Positions 49,547 to 60,615 of a stretch of 64,000 bases of DNA are shown here, piece after piece. Numbering within the stretch: position 1 is the first letter of the stretch; each line of letters opens with the position of its first letter. The stretch comes from Verrucomicrobiota bacterium. GTDB taxonomy: Bacteria; Verrucomicrobiota; Verrucomicrobiia; Limisphaerales; AAA164-E04. The notes beneath the pieces were generated by a model. That model did not search any database. It was not told where the DNA came from and saw only the letters and a program-made list of their open reading frames with translations. The position numbers and the translations under genes were made by a program. Location of the stretch: positions 3,008,001 through 3,072,000 of the forward strand of contig CP170459.1 of NCBI GenBank assembly GCA_047947115.1, written 5' to 3'.

Positions 49547-52500
49547 ATGAACCCTCATCAGGATGGATATGGTCACAGAGCCCTTCGGCTTTCCTGTATT
49601 GTTTTCTTTTCCACGCAATTGATCGGTCTGGGCGCCACGCAGCAGATCGGTATTCATGAATTCACACTTCCGGATGGTTTCGTGATCGAGCGGGTGGCGG
49701 GATCGCCATTGGTGGAACGTCCGATTGTCGCTGATTACGATGATCAGGGGCGTTTGTATGTGGCGGATTCATCCGGATCGAATGACAAGGTCCAGCAACA
49801 GTTGGAAGACAAACCGCATCGAATCGTTCGACTGGAGGACACGGATGGCGATGGGGTGTTTGACCAAAGTGTTGTCTTTGCAGAAGATCTGATGTTTCCG
49901 GAAGGGGTGCTTTACCATGATGGCGCCATCTATTGTGGAGCGCCTCCTGAGATCTGGAAGTTGGAGGATACCGACGGGGATGGAGTCTGTGATCAGCGCG
50001 AAGTCTGGTTTGATGCGAAGACATTGACCGGTTGCGCGAATGACATCCATGGTCCGTATCTGGGGAAAGACGGCTGGATTTATTGGGCCAAGGGCGCCTT
50101 TGCCGAGCAAACCCATACTTTGTTCAACGGTCAAACCATCCGTGATTCAGCCGCTCATATTTTCAGATGCCTTCCTGATTTGAGCGAATTCGATTCCGTC
50201 ATGAGCGGGGGCATGGACAACCCGATCGAGGTGGTGTTTGATGACGCTGGCGAAGTGTTTTTTACGACGACCTTTTATGCGCATCCCAGAGGGGGGAAAC
50301 GGGACGCGCTGGTGCATGCCTTGTATGGAGGGGTGTATCCCAAGGAACACGGAGTGCTGGATGGCTTGACCCTGACCGGTGCCTACCTGCCTGCCATGAC
50401 GCATCTGGGACCTGCTGCTCCCAGTGGTTTGGCTCGCTATGAGTCAGCGGTGTTTGGAGATAATTTCCATGGCAACCTTTTCAGTACCCAATTTAATCTG
50501 AGAAAAGTTCAACGTCATCAGCTTATTCCAGATGGAGCGACCTTCCGTACTTTGGATTCAGATTTTGTTGTGTCGTCACATCATGATTTTCATCCAACCG
50601 ATGTGCTGGAAGCAGGGGACGGATCCCTTCTGGTGGTGGACACCGGCGGGTGGTATAAACTCTGTTGTCCAACCTCGCAGCTTTACAAACCTGATGTATT
50701 GGGGGCGATTTACCGGGTGCGAAAAGTGGGGCAGCCAGCGTTTGCGAATCCGTTTGGGAACGACATGGAATGGCGTTCAATCCACGTGTTTCAACTGATT
50801 GCTTTACTGGATGATCCGCGGCCGCAAGTCAGAGAGCGAGCCATTCAGGCTCTGGTAAAAATAGGAGAAGCTGCCGTTGCTCCTTTGTCTACAACCCTAT
50901 TGTCGGAACAATCTACACTTGTTGCCAAGCAACATGCTATTTGGTCGCTGACCCGCATGGATTCCAAAAATGCGAGAGCGGCCGTCAGGCGGATGTTGAG
51001 GGAACGTGAGCCAAGGCTCGTTCGTACCGCCCTTCATTCTGTGAATGTTCGGAGGGATAAGGAGGCTGTCGGGGATCTACTCACTCTTATCGGACATCAG
51101 GATCCTCACATCGCTCGGAAAGCGGTGGAAGCCATTGGGCGAATCGGTGAGAGCCAGTTATCGGATGCTTTGCTATCGCGTGTTCATCATGTCTATGACC
51201 GTTCTCATGAACACGCGCTGGTTTTTGCGTTGATTCAATCAGGAGCGCATCCCGACAGTCTGAAAAAAGTCATGCATGAGGAGGAGAATGAAGCTTTGCG
51301 TCGGGTGGCATTGCTTGCTTTGAGTCAGATTGCCGCAGAACAATTGGCTGCTGGCGAAGTTGCGGAACTATTTGGTTCGGAGTCTGACATATTGAAGGAA
51401 ACGGCCTTGTGGGTGGCTGGTTTCCATCCGGAATGGGGTGGTGAGTTGGCTGACCATTTCGCCAGACAATTGCAACACGCATCATCAGATGCCGAGAGGA
51501 TATCCGAGCTTGCCTCTCAGGTGAATTTGTTTGTGTCGAATCCGAGCGTTCAACAGCGATTGGCTGCCTTGCTGGTAGATTCGGATATTTCACTGGATGT
51601 GAAAGAGGCGGTGCTGAAGATCATGCAATCCGGAAATCTGCGTCAGGTTCCAGCGAGTTGGGTCAAAAGCGCCGCGAACGTATTGGTGAATGAATCCTCC
51701 GAATTGAAGCAACTTGCTGTTGAAACGTTGAACCATTGGCCGCTCAATGACAGTCATGCCGCGACGTTGATTCCCGTGACAACGGCGATTGACGCCATAC
51801 AGCCTGAGTCCGGAGCTTACCGGCTTCAGGTATTGGGAATCCTGGCGCAATTGCAGAAGGAATTGAATGATGAACAGATTGCTCAGCTCACTTCCCAGTT
51901 TCGGAAAAGTGATGACAATGCCTTGCGGGATCAAGTCGTGGACACGCTGAGAGCGTGTCGTTTGTCGACCACGCAACTTCGGAGTGTCTTACCCGTGTTC
52001 GACCAATCCGGGCCGCTTCAATTGGCAAGTTTGGTGGAGTTGTTCCATGGGGCGGCGCTATCTGAGCTGGGGATGAGCCTGATGGATCGACTGGACACGG
52101 CTCCGGCCAAGTCCTCTGTTCGCCCCGATCTCCTGTTGTATGCCATTGAATCCTTTCCCGACGAGGTCAAAGCCCGTGCGAGAGCGTGGCTTCAGTCCAT
52201 GGAAATTGATCTGGACGGCCAGCGTGCCAAATTGGACGCACTCGCTGCCAGTCTTCCCCCTGGAGATGTGCGACGCGGGCAGGCTGTGTTCAAGCACGAA
52301 TCGACCGCCTGTTCGGCATGTCATCAAGTGGGATATGTGGGGGGGCAGGTTGGTCCTGATTTGACTCGGATTGGTTCCGTTCGAACGGAGCGGGATTTAC
52401 TGGAGGCCATTGTTTTTCCGAGCGCGAGTTTTGTGAGAAGTTACGAACCCATGATGGTAGAGACCAAAGATGGAGAGCTTTATTCGGGTGTGATGCATTT

Positions 52501-52678
52501 GATGGCTGACGATCAAATCCGCATAGTAACCGGTGCGCATTCTGAAGTAATCCTGAATCAGGAGGACATTGAAAGCATGCGTCCGGGACAAGTTTCCATT
52601 ATGCCGGCTGGTTTGGACGAGGTCTTATCTCCACAGGAATTATCCGATTTGATGGCATTTTTGAAATCACGAAAGTGA
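49547..52678 (+). CDS. PVC-type membrane-bound dehydrogenase-like / heme CxxCH protein
   Basis: LEDTDGDG propeller repeats, HEAT repeats, CSACH..GGQVGPDLT, and SIMPAGL. Confidence 0.88.
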   Translation: MNPHQDGYGHRALRLSCIVFFSTQLIGLGATQQIGIHEFTLPDGFVIERVAGSPLVERPIVADYDDQGRLYVADSSGSNDKVQQQLEDKPHRIVRLEDTDGDGVFDQSVVFAEDLMFPEGVLYHDGAIYCGAPPEIWKLEDTDGDGVCDQREVWFDAKTLTGCANDIHGPYLGKDGWIYWAKGAFAEQTHTLFNGQTIRDSAAHIFRCLPDLSEFDSVMSGGMDNPIEVVFDDAGEVFFTTTFYAHPRGGKRDALVHALYGGVYPKEHGVLDGLTLTGAYLPAMTHLGPAAPSGLARYESAVFGDNFHGNLFSTQFNLRKVQRHQLIPDGATFRTLDSDFVVSSHHDFHPTDVLEAGDGSLLVVDTGGWYKLCCPTSQLYKPDVLGAIYRVRKVGQPAFANPFGNDMEWRSIHVFQLIALLDDPRPQVRERAIQALVKIGEAAVAPLSTTLLSEQSTLVAKQHAIWSLTRMDSKNARAAVRRMLREREPRLVRTALHSVNVRRDKEAVGDLLTLIGHQDPHIARKAVEAIGRIGESQLSDALLSRVHHVYDRSHEHALVFALIQSGAHPDSLKKVMHEEENEALRRVALLALSQIAAEQLAAGEVAELFGSESDILKETALWVAGFHPEWGGELADHFARQLQHASSDAERISELASQVNLFVSNPSVQQRLAALLVDSDISLDVKEAVLKIMQSGNLRQVPASWVKSAANVLVNESSELKQLAVETLNHWPLNDSHAATLIPVTTAIDAIQPESGAYRLQVLGILAQLQKELNDEQIAQLTSQFRKSDDNALRDQVVDTLRACRLSTTQLRSVLPVFDQSGPLQLASLVELFHGAALSELGMSLMDRLDTAPAKSSVRPDLLLYAIESFPDEVKARARAWLQSMEIDLDGQRAKLDALAASLPPGDVRRGQAVFKHESTACSACHQVGYVGGQVGPDLTRIGSVRTERDLLEAIVFPSASFVRSYEPMMVETKDGELYSGVMHLMADDQIRIVTGAHSEVILNQEDIESMRPGQVSIMPAGLDEVLSPQELSDLMAFLKSRK

Positions 52679-53214
52679 TTGGGAATGCCAGGGACAACAA
52701 AGGGGTAAACTCCGTCTGACGCCCACTTCAAACCCCGGAGCTGTGGAAGCTTTTTCACGCAGCAAAGGAAATATCTCGGTCATTCGTGTAACGACAGAAT
52801 TCCCGCGTTCGAAGTCGTTTGGTCAGGTTATAGTGATTGCCAAAAGCATTTGCGCATAAGGGCTCGCTGTTGCTTCTTTTGCTCACGCCCGCTTCGCTAG
52901 GGACGCGGAGACGCGGAGATTTTTCTGAAATTACTTTTGGCTAACGGTATCATTGTTTTGGCGAAAACTTGTGATAGGGATTAGGCCTCCTATTCATTTT
53001 TGTGGTCTCGAATATTGACCGGAGTATTTCGTTGAGCTAGATTTGCTAACTGCTTGATCGTGCGAACAGGTCCCGCCTGAGTGCCTGTTCTGACATCGAG
53101 TGATCTGGGTGTACTGATAACCGTTTCGAGGAAATCACCTGAAAAGCATTATTTGATTTGTTTTCCCTTTAATCAAAGGGAAGCGATTCGCCGCGCTTGG
53201 AAGGATTGAATAAT

Positions 53215-53580
53215 ATGAAGAATCGAATACGCCAGACATGGATTTATCAGGTCAATGGGCAAACATTAGAACACCCTCCCCGGGGTAATGTGGTTTATGA
53301 ATCGCCACCCGAAGCCGAACCTTTGTCCAGGCTGCAAATGAAGAAGAAGTTATTGATATTTCTGGGCATTCTAATGGTCTCAGCGATATCCGTGCAGGTG
53401 ATGTTTTGGTTGGCGGGTGACAATGGTCGTTACGATCAGGAGGTTTTCAAAACCGATCTGACTCAGATATCGGTTTATTATCGCAAACTTGTTTCAAAGG
53501 ATCCGCCGCCGGGCGTATCAGCTGAAGTCGACGTCGGCAAGCAGAAGGAGGGAGTGGTTCAGCATCATCCATCAGAATGA
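53215..53580 (+). CDS. Hypothetical single-TM protein
   Basis: ORF with one hydrophobic segment. Confidence 0.45.
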   Translation: MKNRIRQTWIYQVNGQTLEHPPRGNVVYESPPEAEPLSRLQMKKKLLIFLGILMVSAISVQVMFWLAGDNGRYDQEVFKTDLTQISVYYRKLVSKDPPPGVSAEVDVGKQKEGVVQHHPSE

Positions 53581-53612
53581 TCCGTGTAGAAGGAGGACGG
53601 AACTTGCCTCGT

Positions 53613-53993
53613 TCATTGAAGCATTTGTTGGATGCTCAACAGCAGATTTTTCAACCAATGGAATTGGATGATTTTTTCCGAGTAAGCCCAAAAGCTTGCC
53701 GCAAAGAAGGTGTAACCCAGTATCCAGCTGAAGCACATTCTCTTTTCTCGTTTTGTGCGGGTAAATTTCCAATAGATCACGGCATTGACGATCCATCCCA
53801 ATCCAATGCCACTCAATGCCAGCATATGCCAGATCGGTCTTGACGCGATTTGTAAAGACCCGAATCGGAGTGAACTGATGGCCGGAACTCCAATAAAGAT
53901 GATCACCAACCATATTCCATTTCCCAGTTGAATCAGCCAGGATTTCATTTTCGGGGAAGAAGGAGCAAACGTAAAAAAGGCGGATGACCTCAA
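53613..53993 (-). CDS. Hypothetical three-TM protein (true start probably downstream of 53993)
   Basis: Three hydrophobic segments. The ORF's listed start lies inside a terminator. Confidence 0.5.
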   Translation of the reverse strand: MRSSAFFTFAPSSPKMKSWLIQLGNGIWLVIIFIGVPAISSLRFGSLQIASRPIWHMLALSGIGLGWIVNAVIYWKFTRTKREKRMCFSWILGYTFFAASFWAYSEKIIQFHWLKNLLLSIQQMLQ

Positions 53994-54007
53994 GTCACCC
54001 GCCTTTT
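53973..54007 (-). terminator. Intrinsic terminator of the secretion operon
   Basis: AAAAAAGGCGGATGAC-CTCAA-GTCACCCGCCTTTT. Confidence 0.7.
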
Positions 54008-54023
54008 CAGTAAAAAAAACGTG

Positions 54024-56702
54024 TTATCGCTTACCTCTTTTTTTGGTTTTGAGTAATTTTTCCGAGCGTTCCTGTGCGTCCTCTTTCAGGTCCTCTTCGA
54101 GATTCCGGATGCCAGGCAATGCCTCGCGTTCTTCCTGAGCCACAATGGCGGCTTCTTCGGGGGTTTCCAGAACCGTTGCCCGAAGCAGAATGATGAGTTC
54201 TGTCATGTCATTACTATCTGATTTGGAGCGAAACAAGCCTCCCAGCAGGGGAATGTCTTTGAGGATGGGGACACCAGACTTGCTCTTGTTCTTGGTTTGC
54301 TTGATGAACCCGCCCAGCATGATTGTGTCGCCATCTCTCACGGACAAGGTGGCCTGTGCGGCGCGTTGGTTCACGACCGGGTTCGGGTTGCCGTCAATGA
54401 TGACATCTCCGCCACGTTGATCCACGTTTTGGCTGATTTCCATGACGATGTATCCTTCCGGTGTGATGAAAGGTTGGACAGAAAGCTGGATGCCGATATT
54501 GATGTATTGAACAAAAGACTGGCTGCCGACCGAGCTGAAACCTCCCGTGAAACCACCGGTGACAATCGGTACGCTTTCGCCTAGAGTAAAGAAGCCGGGG
54601 ATACCATGAGACGTTTGGATGCGCGGGCGCTGCACGACCTGTACGGAGCGGTCGTTTGCGATGGCCGAAACGGCCACGTTTAGCGAGTCATTATATTGGC
54701 CGAAGTAGCTGAAACCGCCAGGCAGTCCTCCGAAGCCATTGGTGGAGGTTCCTCCCAGGTAGTTTGAGCCAGTATCGAGATTGGAATTATTGGACATGGC
54801 CCCGCCATAGGTGAATTTCCCTGAGTTTTTGGGGTTCTGAGCCATGCTTACGCCGACAGTTTGATCATCCCCGATGCCGACTTCCAGTACGATGGCTTCG
54901 ATCAGCACCTGCGCCAACAAAACGTCCACTTTGGAAACCATGTTGGTGATCATGGTCAGGTCCTGCTTGTTGGCGAAAATCAGAAGCGAATTGGATCGTT
55001 CGTCCGGGACAATGCGGGCGTTGGCCAGCAGTTCGATTTCCTCTTCGCCGTCCGCCGCACGATCGATGACCTGGCGCAACCGGTCCTGGAAACTGCTGCG
55101 ATTGCTGGTGGTGGAGCTGCGATTGACGGCAACCGGAGTGGAGGCCTGGTAGGGGCGATAGCCGCCACCAAAACCACCCCCGAAACTGCTTCCGTAACCC
55201 CCTCCAAAACCTCCCATGGATGACCTGCCAAACGATGACGAACGACCTCCCAGTCCACCCCCAAATCCACCCATGCCACCGCCGAATCCGGAATTGATCC
55301 CACCACCGAATCCGGAATTAAATCCTGAACCCGTGTTGCCCGCACCCGTGCCGGTTCCCGCTGCGGCACCTCCTCCGCTGATGAGCGCCGCCATGGTGTT
55401 GTATAATTCGCCGACCTTTCCATAGCGAATGGGGATGACTTCGAGTGAGTAATCCAGTTCGGGTTCGATGTCGATTTTTTCGATGACCTGTAACATTTGT
55501 TTAATGTTTACGGCATAGTCATGGATAATCAGGATCTGCGTGGAATCGATGGGGATCAACCCGTCCGGGTTGGCGCTCATCGGAGCCAGGATCTCGGCGA
55601 CTTCGGATGGAGCGGATGAATTGAGCTTGATGGTTCGAGTCAGGAACATGCCGGAATCCGGAATCTGGGATGCATCTTCCGAAGTGGCTTCCGGTGCATG
55701 TTGCATGGCTTCCTCTTTCGGGACAGCCTTGACGAATTTTTCTCCCATGGGAACCATGACTACATTTGCCAGGGCAAGACTTGTCGTGATGGCTTCGATG
55801 GCCTCTTCGGTGGTGAGTTCAACACCCGCCGCGGTTACCAGATTCACCGTGCCCTCGAGGGTCGGGGCGTAAAGGACCATTTTGCCGGTCAATTCACTAT
55901 AAATGGTGAAAATCGGCTCCAGCGGCATGGCTGGGAAGTTGAAGGTGTGCATGTTTGGTACCTCCGCGTCTGCTCCGGCCGCTTTACCCCCGGCAGCCGC
56001 CAAAAGTCCGGCGATGTCCGGAATGCCGTTCTGCGAACCGGCGTTTCCGGTGCTTGTGGTGTTGGCGTTGTTCCCTGCTGCAGTGCCACCCGGTGCCGGA
56101 ATGGTTCCTGTGGAACCTATGTTCGGGACGCCTTGTCGCAAAGGGACGTTGTTACCAGGAACAGGCTGCGGTGTGGTGCGGTTGCTGCTGCCGGTGGTTC
56201 CCAAACTTGGAATGGTTGCGGGTGGTCGGCGTGTCACGTTATTCGTGTTTACGGCAGAGGTGCCGGTTGATCCGGAGCCCGTGATGGATGGGAGTCGTGT
56301 GAGTGGTTTCGGGATTGCAGAAGGCGAAACCAAAGGTGTGGCTGAAGAATCGTCTTCCTCCGCAGCGGCGGACGCTTCCTCGGTGGATTCCGCCAAAGGC
56401 TTCAGGGGTTGGTTGATGTTCTTATCCTGTTGCATGGCCTGACGCAGGACGGCTCTCAACCTGGCGTCCAGTTCCTCGGGGCTTTGCCCGCGGACAGGGA
56501 GGGTCAGGATGGGGAGGAGCAACAACAGCCAAGCGTGGCGGATGCTTGCTGTGCGGAGTGATTTATAAATTGGACGAGACATGATCCTGGATGGATATGG
56601 ATTCGGGTTGAGCTTGTTCCTGGCTGGAATGTTCTGGCTGGCGGTCATGCTTTTTTTCGAATCCTCGGTTTTGTTTTTTAATGTTTTGGCGGTTTTGCTC
56701 AA
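54024..56702 (-). CDS. gspD: Type II secretion secretin (GspD-like); start uncertain
   Basis: PDERSNSL, QVLIEAIVLEV, GIQLSVQPFI and GVPILKDIPLLGGLFRS motifs. Confidence 0.88.
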   Translation of the reverse strand: MSKTAKTLKNKTEDSKKSMTASQNIPARNKLNPNPYPSRIMSRPIYKSLRTASIRHAWLLLLLPILTLPVRGQSPEELDARLRAVLRQAMQQDKNINQPLKPLAESTEEASAAAEEDDSSATPLVSPSAIPKPLTRLPSITGSGSTGTSAVNTNNVTRRPPATIPSLGTTGSSNRTTPQPVPGNNVPLRQGVPNIGSTGTIPAPGGTAAGNNANTTSTGNAGSQNGIPDIAGLLAAAGGKAAGADAEVPNMHTFNFPAMPLEPIFTIYSELTGKMVLYAPTLEGTVNLVTAAGVELTTEEAIEAITTSLALANVVMVPMGEKFVKAVPKEEAMQHAPEATSEDASQIPDSGMFLTRTIKLNSSAPSEVAEILAPMSANPDGLIPIDSTQILIIHDYAVNIKQMLQVIEKIDIEPELDYSLEVIPIRYGKVGELYNTMAALISGGGAAAGTGTGAGNTGSGFNSGFGGGINSGFGGGMGGFGGGLGGRSSSFGRSSMGGFGGGYGSSFGGGFGGGYRPYQASTPVAVNRSSTTSNRSSFQDRLRQVIDRAADGEEEIELLANARIVPDERSNSLLIFANKQDLTMITNMVSKVDVLLAQVLIEAIVLEVGIGDDQTVGVSMAQNPKNSGKFTYGGAMSNNSNLDTGSNYLGGTSTNGFGGLPGGFSYFGQYNDSLNVAVSAIANDRSVQVVQRPRIQTSHGIPGFFTLGESVPIVTGGFTGGFSSVGSQSFVQYINIGIQLSVQPFITPEGYIVMEISQNVDQRGGDVIIDGNPNPVVNQRAAQATLSVRDGDTIMLGGFIKQTKNKSKSGVPILKDIPLLGGLFRSKSDSNDMTELIILLRATVLETPEEAAIVAQEEREALPGIRNLEEDLKEDAQERSEKLLKTKKRGKR

Positions 56703-56723
56703 ATGATTATTTGTTTCAACACT

Positions 56724-57296
56724 TTATTCTTCCGAAGGTTGCTTTTGATAATTGGCAACCAGTGTCATGTTGCAGGTTAATTCGGAGTTTTGTGGTGGCT
56801 TTGGTTTCAAATCCAGGTCATGTACTCGGACCATGGATTCGCCTGAGCCGATCGAAACAAGAAAGTCGATGAGTTCCATATCGTCGGTTGTCACGGTCAG
56901 GCGGTATGCCTTTTGATCGAAGAAGACGTTGTTGGTGCTGTGATCATTGGAAATACGGACCGGACTGATGTTTGGTGTGGGCAGTTTGCTTCGACGGGCC
57001 TGGTCCTGGATGAGGCGGATCAAATCATTCGCCTGGGATTCGGTCGAGACATTCGAGCCAATCCCTTCCAGTTCCGTCAGCTTTGCCTTGAATTGAGTTG
57101 ATTTGCTGATCAGGCGGTTGTAGGAGGCAATTTTCTGACGGGCTTGTTCCATTTTCTGTCCCATCTCACCCCAGTCACTGAAACGCGGCCAGACGAGGGC
57201 CATGTTCAGGATGATAAACACCACCAGACCAACGACCACAACCAATCGTCGTTCAAAGGCGCTCAGATTATAACGATCGAAAAAGGCTTGCATCAC
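56724..57296 (-). CDS. GspM/PilO-like assembly protein
   Basis: LSAFERRL plus TM plus coiled coil; operon context. Confidence 0.65.
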   Translation of the reverse strand: MMQAFFDRYNLSAFERRLVVVVGLVVFIILNMALVWPRFSDWGEMGQKMEQARQKIASYNRLISKSTQFKAKLTELEGIGSNVSTESQANDLIRLIQDQARRSKLPTPNISPVRISNDHSTNNVFFDQKAYRLTVTTDDMELIDFLVSIGSGESMVRVHDLDLKPKPPQNSELTCNMTLVANYQKQPSEE

Positions 57297-58726
57297 TCGA
57301 ATCCTGATCTTCTCAGTTCACAATTAAAACTCCAGGTGGACATTTCGGATGTATCTCCGCGTCGACGTCCGGAAATGGCGCTGATGGTCGGGTCGCTGAC
57401 ACTTGAGAACAATGGCTTGTCGGCAACGGTGGCCGCAATCAAAGCTTCATGGTAGTCCGTCACCTTGTGGGATTGGTCCGTCGGGACGTTTCCGCGCAAG
57501 GTCAAAACCTTTCCCTGTCGAAAGTTGAAGGACAAAAGGGACAAACCGTCCGGCATCAGTTCGGAAATGACACGCAGGCTGTCCAGTGCCGAATACTTGA
57601 GGTCGACCTGTTCCTGTAGAATCTGGACTTTGGCCTGAAGCTCCATGGTATTGGTGTAGGAGTTGGCCTTGCTGCGCATGACGGTTTGCAACTCGATGCT
57701 TTCGCCGCGTCTCCATTCAAGTGCCACGAAGTAGAACAGAACGGCGAAAATGTAGACCAGCAGGACTCCTCCCAGACTGCTCATCCATAAGCCATCGACG
57801 TATTGTTGGCGGTATTTGGTCCGGATCTCGGACGGCATCAGATTGGCATTGCAACGGCTGCGTGTGGCGCGTTCGGCGCTTTCCTGGGCCAGTTCGTCGA
57901 TGCTTGCCGGGGTGGATGTTTCAATCCCCTTGGAAGACCAGCCTTGCAAAGCATCCTGCCAGGCGGCTGGAACTTGTTCATGACCGACCAGGCGAATCAC
58001 GGGCGCTTCCTGCATCCAGCCCTCCAGTTCACCAACCCAGGCAGTGTTGTTGAGATTGTCGATGATCAGCTTGGCTCCATGATCGGTCTTGGGAAGAGTG
58101 GTCAGTCCCACGTGTTGGGTCCATCCGTTGAAATGCCATGAGATCAGACAGTCGCAGGTATTCTCATTCCGTTCGATTACCTCGATCCGCACACGGTCGC
58201 CGTCTATCGGATCCGAAGCCAAAGCGTGCAGCCGGGGAAATTCGATGCGGTCCGACTGATAGCCCACCTGTTCCAGATCCCCGAGCAATGTTTCGATGGC
58301 CGAGCGTTCCGCCAACACCAGAAGGACGGTTTGTTGTGCCGGATCAGGGCAGGGGAGTGTTTCAAAGGTCCACACGATTTGTCCCACGGGAACGGGACTG
58401 AGTTTTTCGAGCTGAAACTCGAGCATCTGCCGGGTTTCAGCAAGGTCCTCACCTTTGGGGAGGTGAACAATGCGCAGGAAAATGTGCTCGGCGGGCAGCC
58501 AGGCGATGTTCAGTCGTTTGTGGAGAAATTGCCGCCAGGTTTGTTCGATCTGCCGTGGTGGCAGGGGCGTTTCTTCCGAGTGCTTCAGCTTGGATTTCTG
58601 GGCAACCTGTTTTTCTGAAACACTGAAATACCAGAGCTGTTTGGCGTCAGGGGTGACATGCATGACATTGCAGTCGGTCCACTTCTGCTTGCGCGCTTTT
58701 TTCTTTTTTTTGGGAGAGGTTGCCAT
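57293..58726 (-). CDS. GspL / PilM-PilN-like assembly protein
   Basis: Cytoplasmic domain, ANLMP, a TM segment and a PilN-like C-terminus. Confidence 0.65.
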   Translation of the reverse strand: MATSPKKKKKARKQKWTDCNVMHVTPDAKQLWYFSVSEKQVAQKSKLKHSEETPLPPRQIEQTWRQFLHKRLNIAWLPAEHIFLRIVHLPKGEDLAETRQMLEFQLEKLSPVPVGQIVWTFETLPCPDPAQQTVLLVLAERSAIETLLGDLEQVGYQSDRIEFPRLHALASDPIDGDRVRIEVIERNENTCDCLISWHFNGWTQHVGLTTLPKTDHGAKLIIDNLNNTAWVGELEGWMQEAPVIRLVGHEQVPAAWQDALQGWSSKGIETSTPASIDELAQESAERATRSRCNANLMPSEIRTKYRQQYVDGLWMSSLGGVLLVYIFAVLFYFVALEWRRGESIELQTVMRSKANSYTNTMELQAKVQILQEQVDLKYSALDSLRVISELMPDGLSLLSFNFRQGKVLTLRGNVPTDQSHKVTDYHEALIAATVADKPLFSSVSDPTISAISGRRRGDTSEMSTWSFNCELRRSGFE

Positions 58727-58752
58727 GAAAGGGGTTTCGACTGTGTCAGTGA

Positions 58753-60480
58753 TTAATCCGCCAGTAACTCCATATGTTCTTCGCTTTGAGTCACTCGAAG
58801 CACTTCTTCAATGGTGGTGACACCATTCTTGACCTTGTCCCATCCGTCCATACGGAGTGTGCTCATTCCTTGTTCCATGGCTTTTTGGGCCAGAGTGGAT
58901 GCGGCGGAGCGATTGAGGATAAGTGGTCTCAACGCTTCGGTCAGCACGAGCAGTTCGTAGATGGCGATACGTCCCTGATATCCGAGTTGGTGGCATGTTT
59001 CGCATCCGGCGCCGTAATAAAATTTGGCCTTACCGATGTCTTCTTCGGGAAAGCCGATTTTGCGGAGGTATGTTTCATCGACTTTTTGTTCGGTTTTGCA
59101 TTCTTTGCAGATGGTTCTGACCAGTCGTTGAGCCATGACCGCTTCGACCGAGGATGCGACCAGGAAGGGTTCGATGCCCATGTCGATCAGTCGGGTAAAA
59201 GCGCTGGGTGCGTCGTTCGTATGCAGGGTGCTGAAGACCAAGTGACCGGTCAAGGCGGCTCGGATGGCGATTTCAGCCGTTTCAAGATCTCGAATTTCCC
59301 CGACCATGACTACGTTGGGGTCCTGACGCAGGATGTGGCGCAATCCCATGGCAAAGGTCAAACCGATGTCTGAACGCACTGGAATCTGGTTGATGCCCTT
59401 CAATTCATATTCCACCGGATCTTCGATGGTGATGATGCGTTTCTGAACGGAATTGATGGTGCTTAGAAACGCGTATAGCGAGGTGGATTTACCCGAACCG
59501 GTCGGTCCGGTCACCAGAATGATGCCGTGTGGTTTGACGATGAGTTCCCTGAGGGCGGATTCGTGATCGGGATCGAATCCCAACTTGTCCAAACTCAGGA
59601 AAATCTTTCCGCGAGTCAGGAGGCGCAGGGAAACACTTTCACCGTAAACCGTTGGAACCGTGGAAACACGGATGTCGATTTCCTCGCCCTTGATGCGGAC
59701 ATTGATACGACCGTCCTGGGGGAGCCGTTTTTCCGCGATGTCCATGCCCGCCATGACTTTAACGCGTGAGATAAGGGCTGACTGAAAGCGTTTCAACTGC
59801 GGCGGCATCGGAGCCTGGTGAAGGATGCCGTCCACTCGGTAACGGATGCGCAACTCATCTTCCGCCGGTTCGAAATGGATATCTGTGGCACGGTCCTGGA
59901 AGGCTTCCCAGATGATCTGGTTCATGAACTTGATGACGCTGGCTTCCTGGTCGCCATCAGTGATCTCTTTGTCTTCGCCGACAATGAGTTCGAACGGTTC
60001 ATCCTCCTCCAGTTCATCGAGTGTTTCCGCACCCACTCCGTAGTATTTCTTCAGCGCTTTTTCAATTTCCGCTTTAGGGGCCAATCCAAACTGCACCGGC
60101 CCTGAAGCTTCGTATTGAACGGCATTGATCATGCCCGGTTCGAAAGGATTGCTGACTGCGACCAAAAGTTCTCCGTTCTCTTCGGTGGCAGGCATGATGG
60201 AATATTGAAAGGCCACCTTTGTGGAGATGCGCGCCCGGACTTCGGGGGGCACGCTGACATTCTGGAGCTGAATGAAGGGCCAATCCAGGGTTTTGGCCAG
60301 TTGTTCAAGGAATTGCTCCTCGGTGATCCCTTTTTCACGGGAGAAAAATGACAACAAGGAATCGACCGAACCGCCGTCGACTGCGGTCCGCCACTGCTTG
60401 CTCCAGGTGTCAAATTGCTCCGGTGAAACCAGAGAAGCCTGATTGAGAAGCGTTTTAATGGATAGAAAAGGCGTTGCCAT
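58753..60480 (-). CDS. gspE: GspE/PulE/PilB family ATPase
   Basis: ATDIHFEP, LPQDGR, GPTGSGKST, TIEDPVE, LRQDP and GHLVFSTLHTN motifs. Confidence 0.92.
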   Translation of the reverse strand: MATPFLSIKTLLNQASLVSPEQFDTWSKQWRTAVDGGSVDSLLSFFSREKGITEEQFLEQLAKTLDWPFIQLQNVSVPPEVRARISTKVAFQYSIMPATEENGELLVAVSNPFEPGMINAVQYEASGPVQFGLAPKAEIEKALKKYYGVGAETLDELEEDEPFELIVGEDKEITDGDQEASVIKFMNQIIWEAFQDRATDIHFEPAEDELRIRYRVDGILHQAPMPPQLKRFQSALISRVKVMAGMDIAEKRLPQDGRINVRIKGEEIDIRVSTVPTVYGESVSLRLLTRGKIFLSLDKLGFDPDHESALRELIVKPHGIILVTGPTGSGKSTSLYAFLSTINSVQKRIITIEDPVEYELKGINQIPVRSDIGLTFAMGLRHILRQDPNVVMVGEIRDLETAEIAIRAALTGHLVFSTLHTNDAPSAFTRLIDMGIEPFLVASSVEAVMAQRLVRTICKECKTEQKVDETYLRKIGFPEEDIGKAKFYYGAGCETCHQLGYQGRIAIYELLVLTEALRPLILNRSAASTLAQKAMEQGMSTLRMDGWDKVKNGVTTIEEVLRVTQSEEHMELLAD

Positions 60481-60615
60481 GAGTTTCTCTACTTGCCCCT
60501 AAAAACGCCGCAAGATAGGGAAAGTTGCGAAGGAGGTCAAAGGAAATGCGGAATCTGTGCTTTGAATGGGGATATTGCTTGCCTCAAACCGGATTTGAAG
60601 GCTCTTATTATTCTC

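Noticed and set aside
55150..55380. Gly-rich repeats in the secretin gene
   Set aside because: In-frame low-complexity loop of the secretin, not a separate element.
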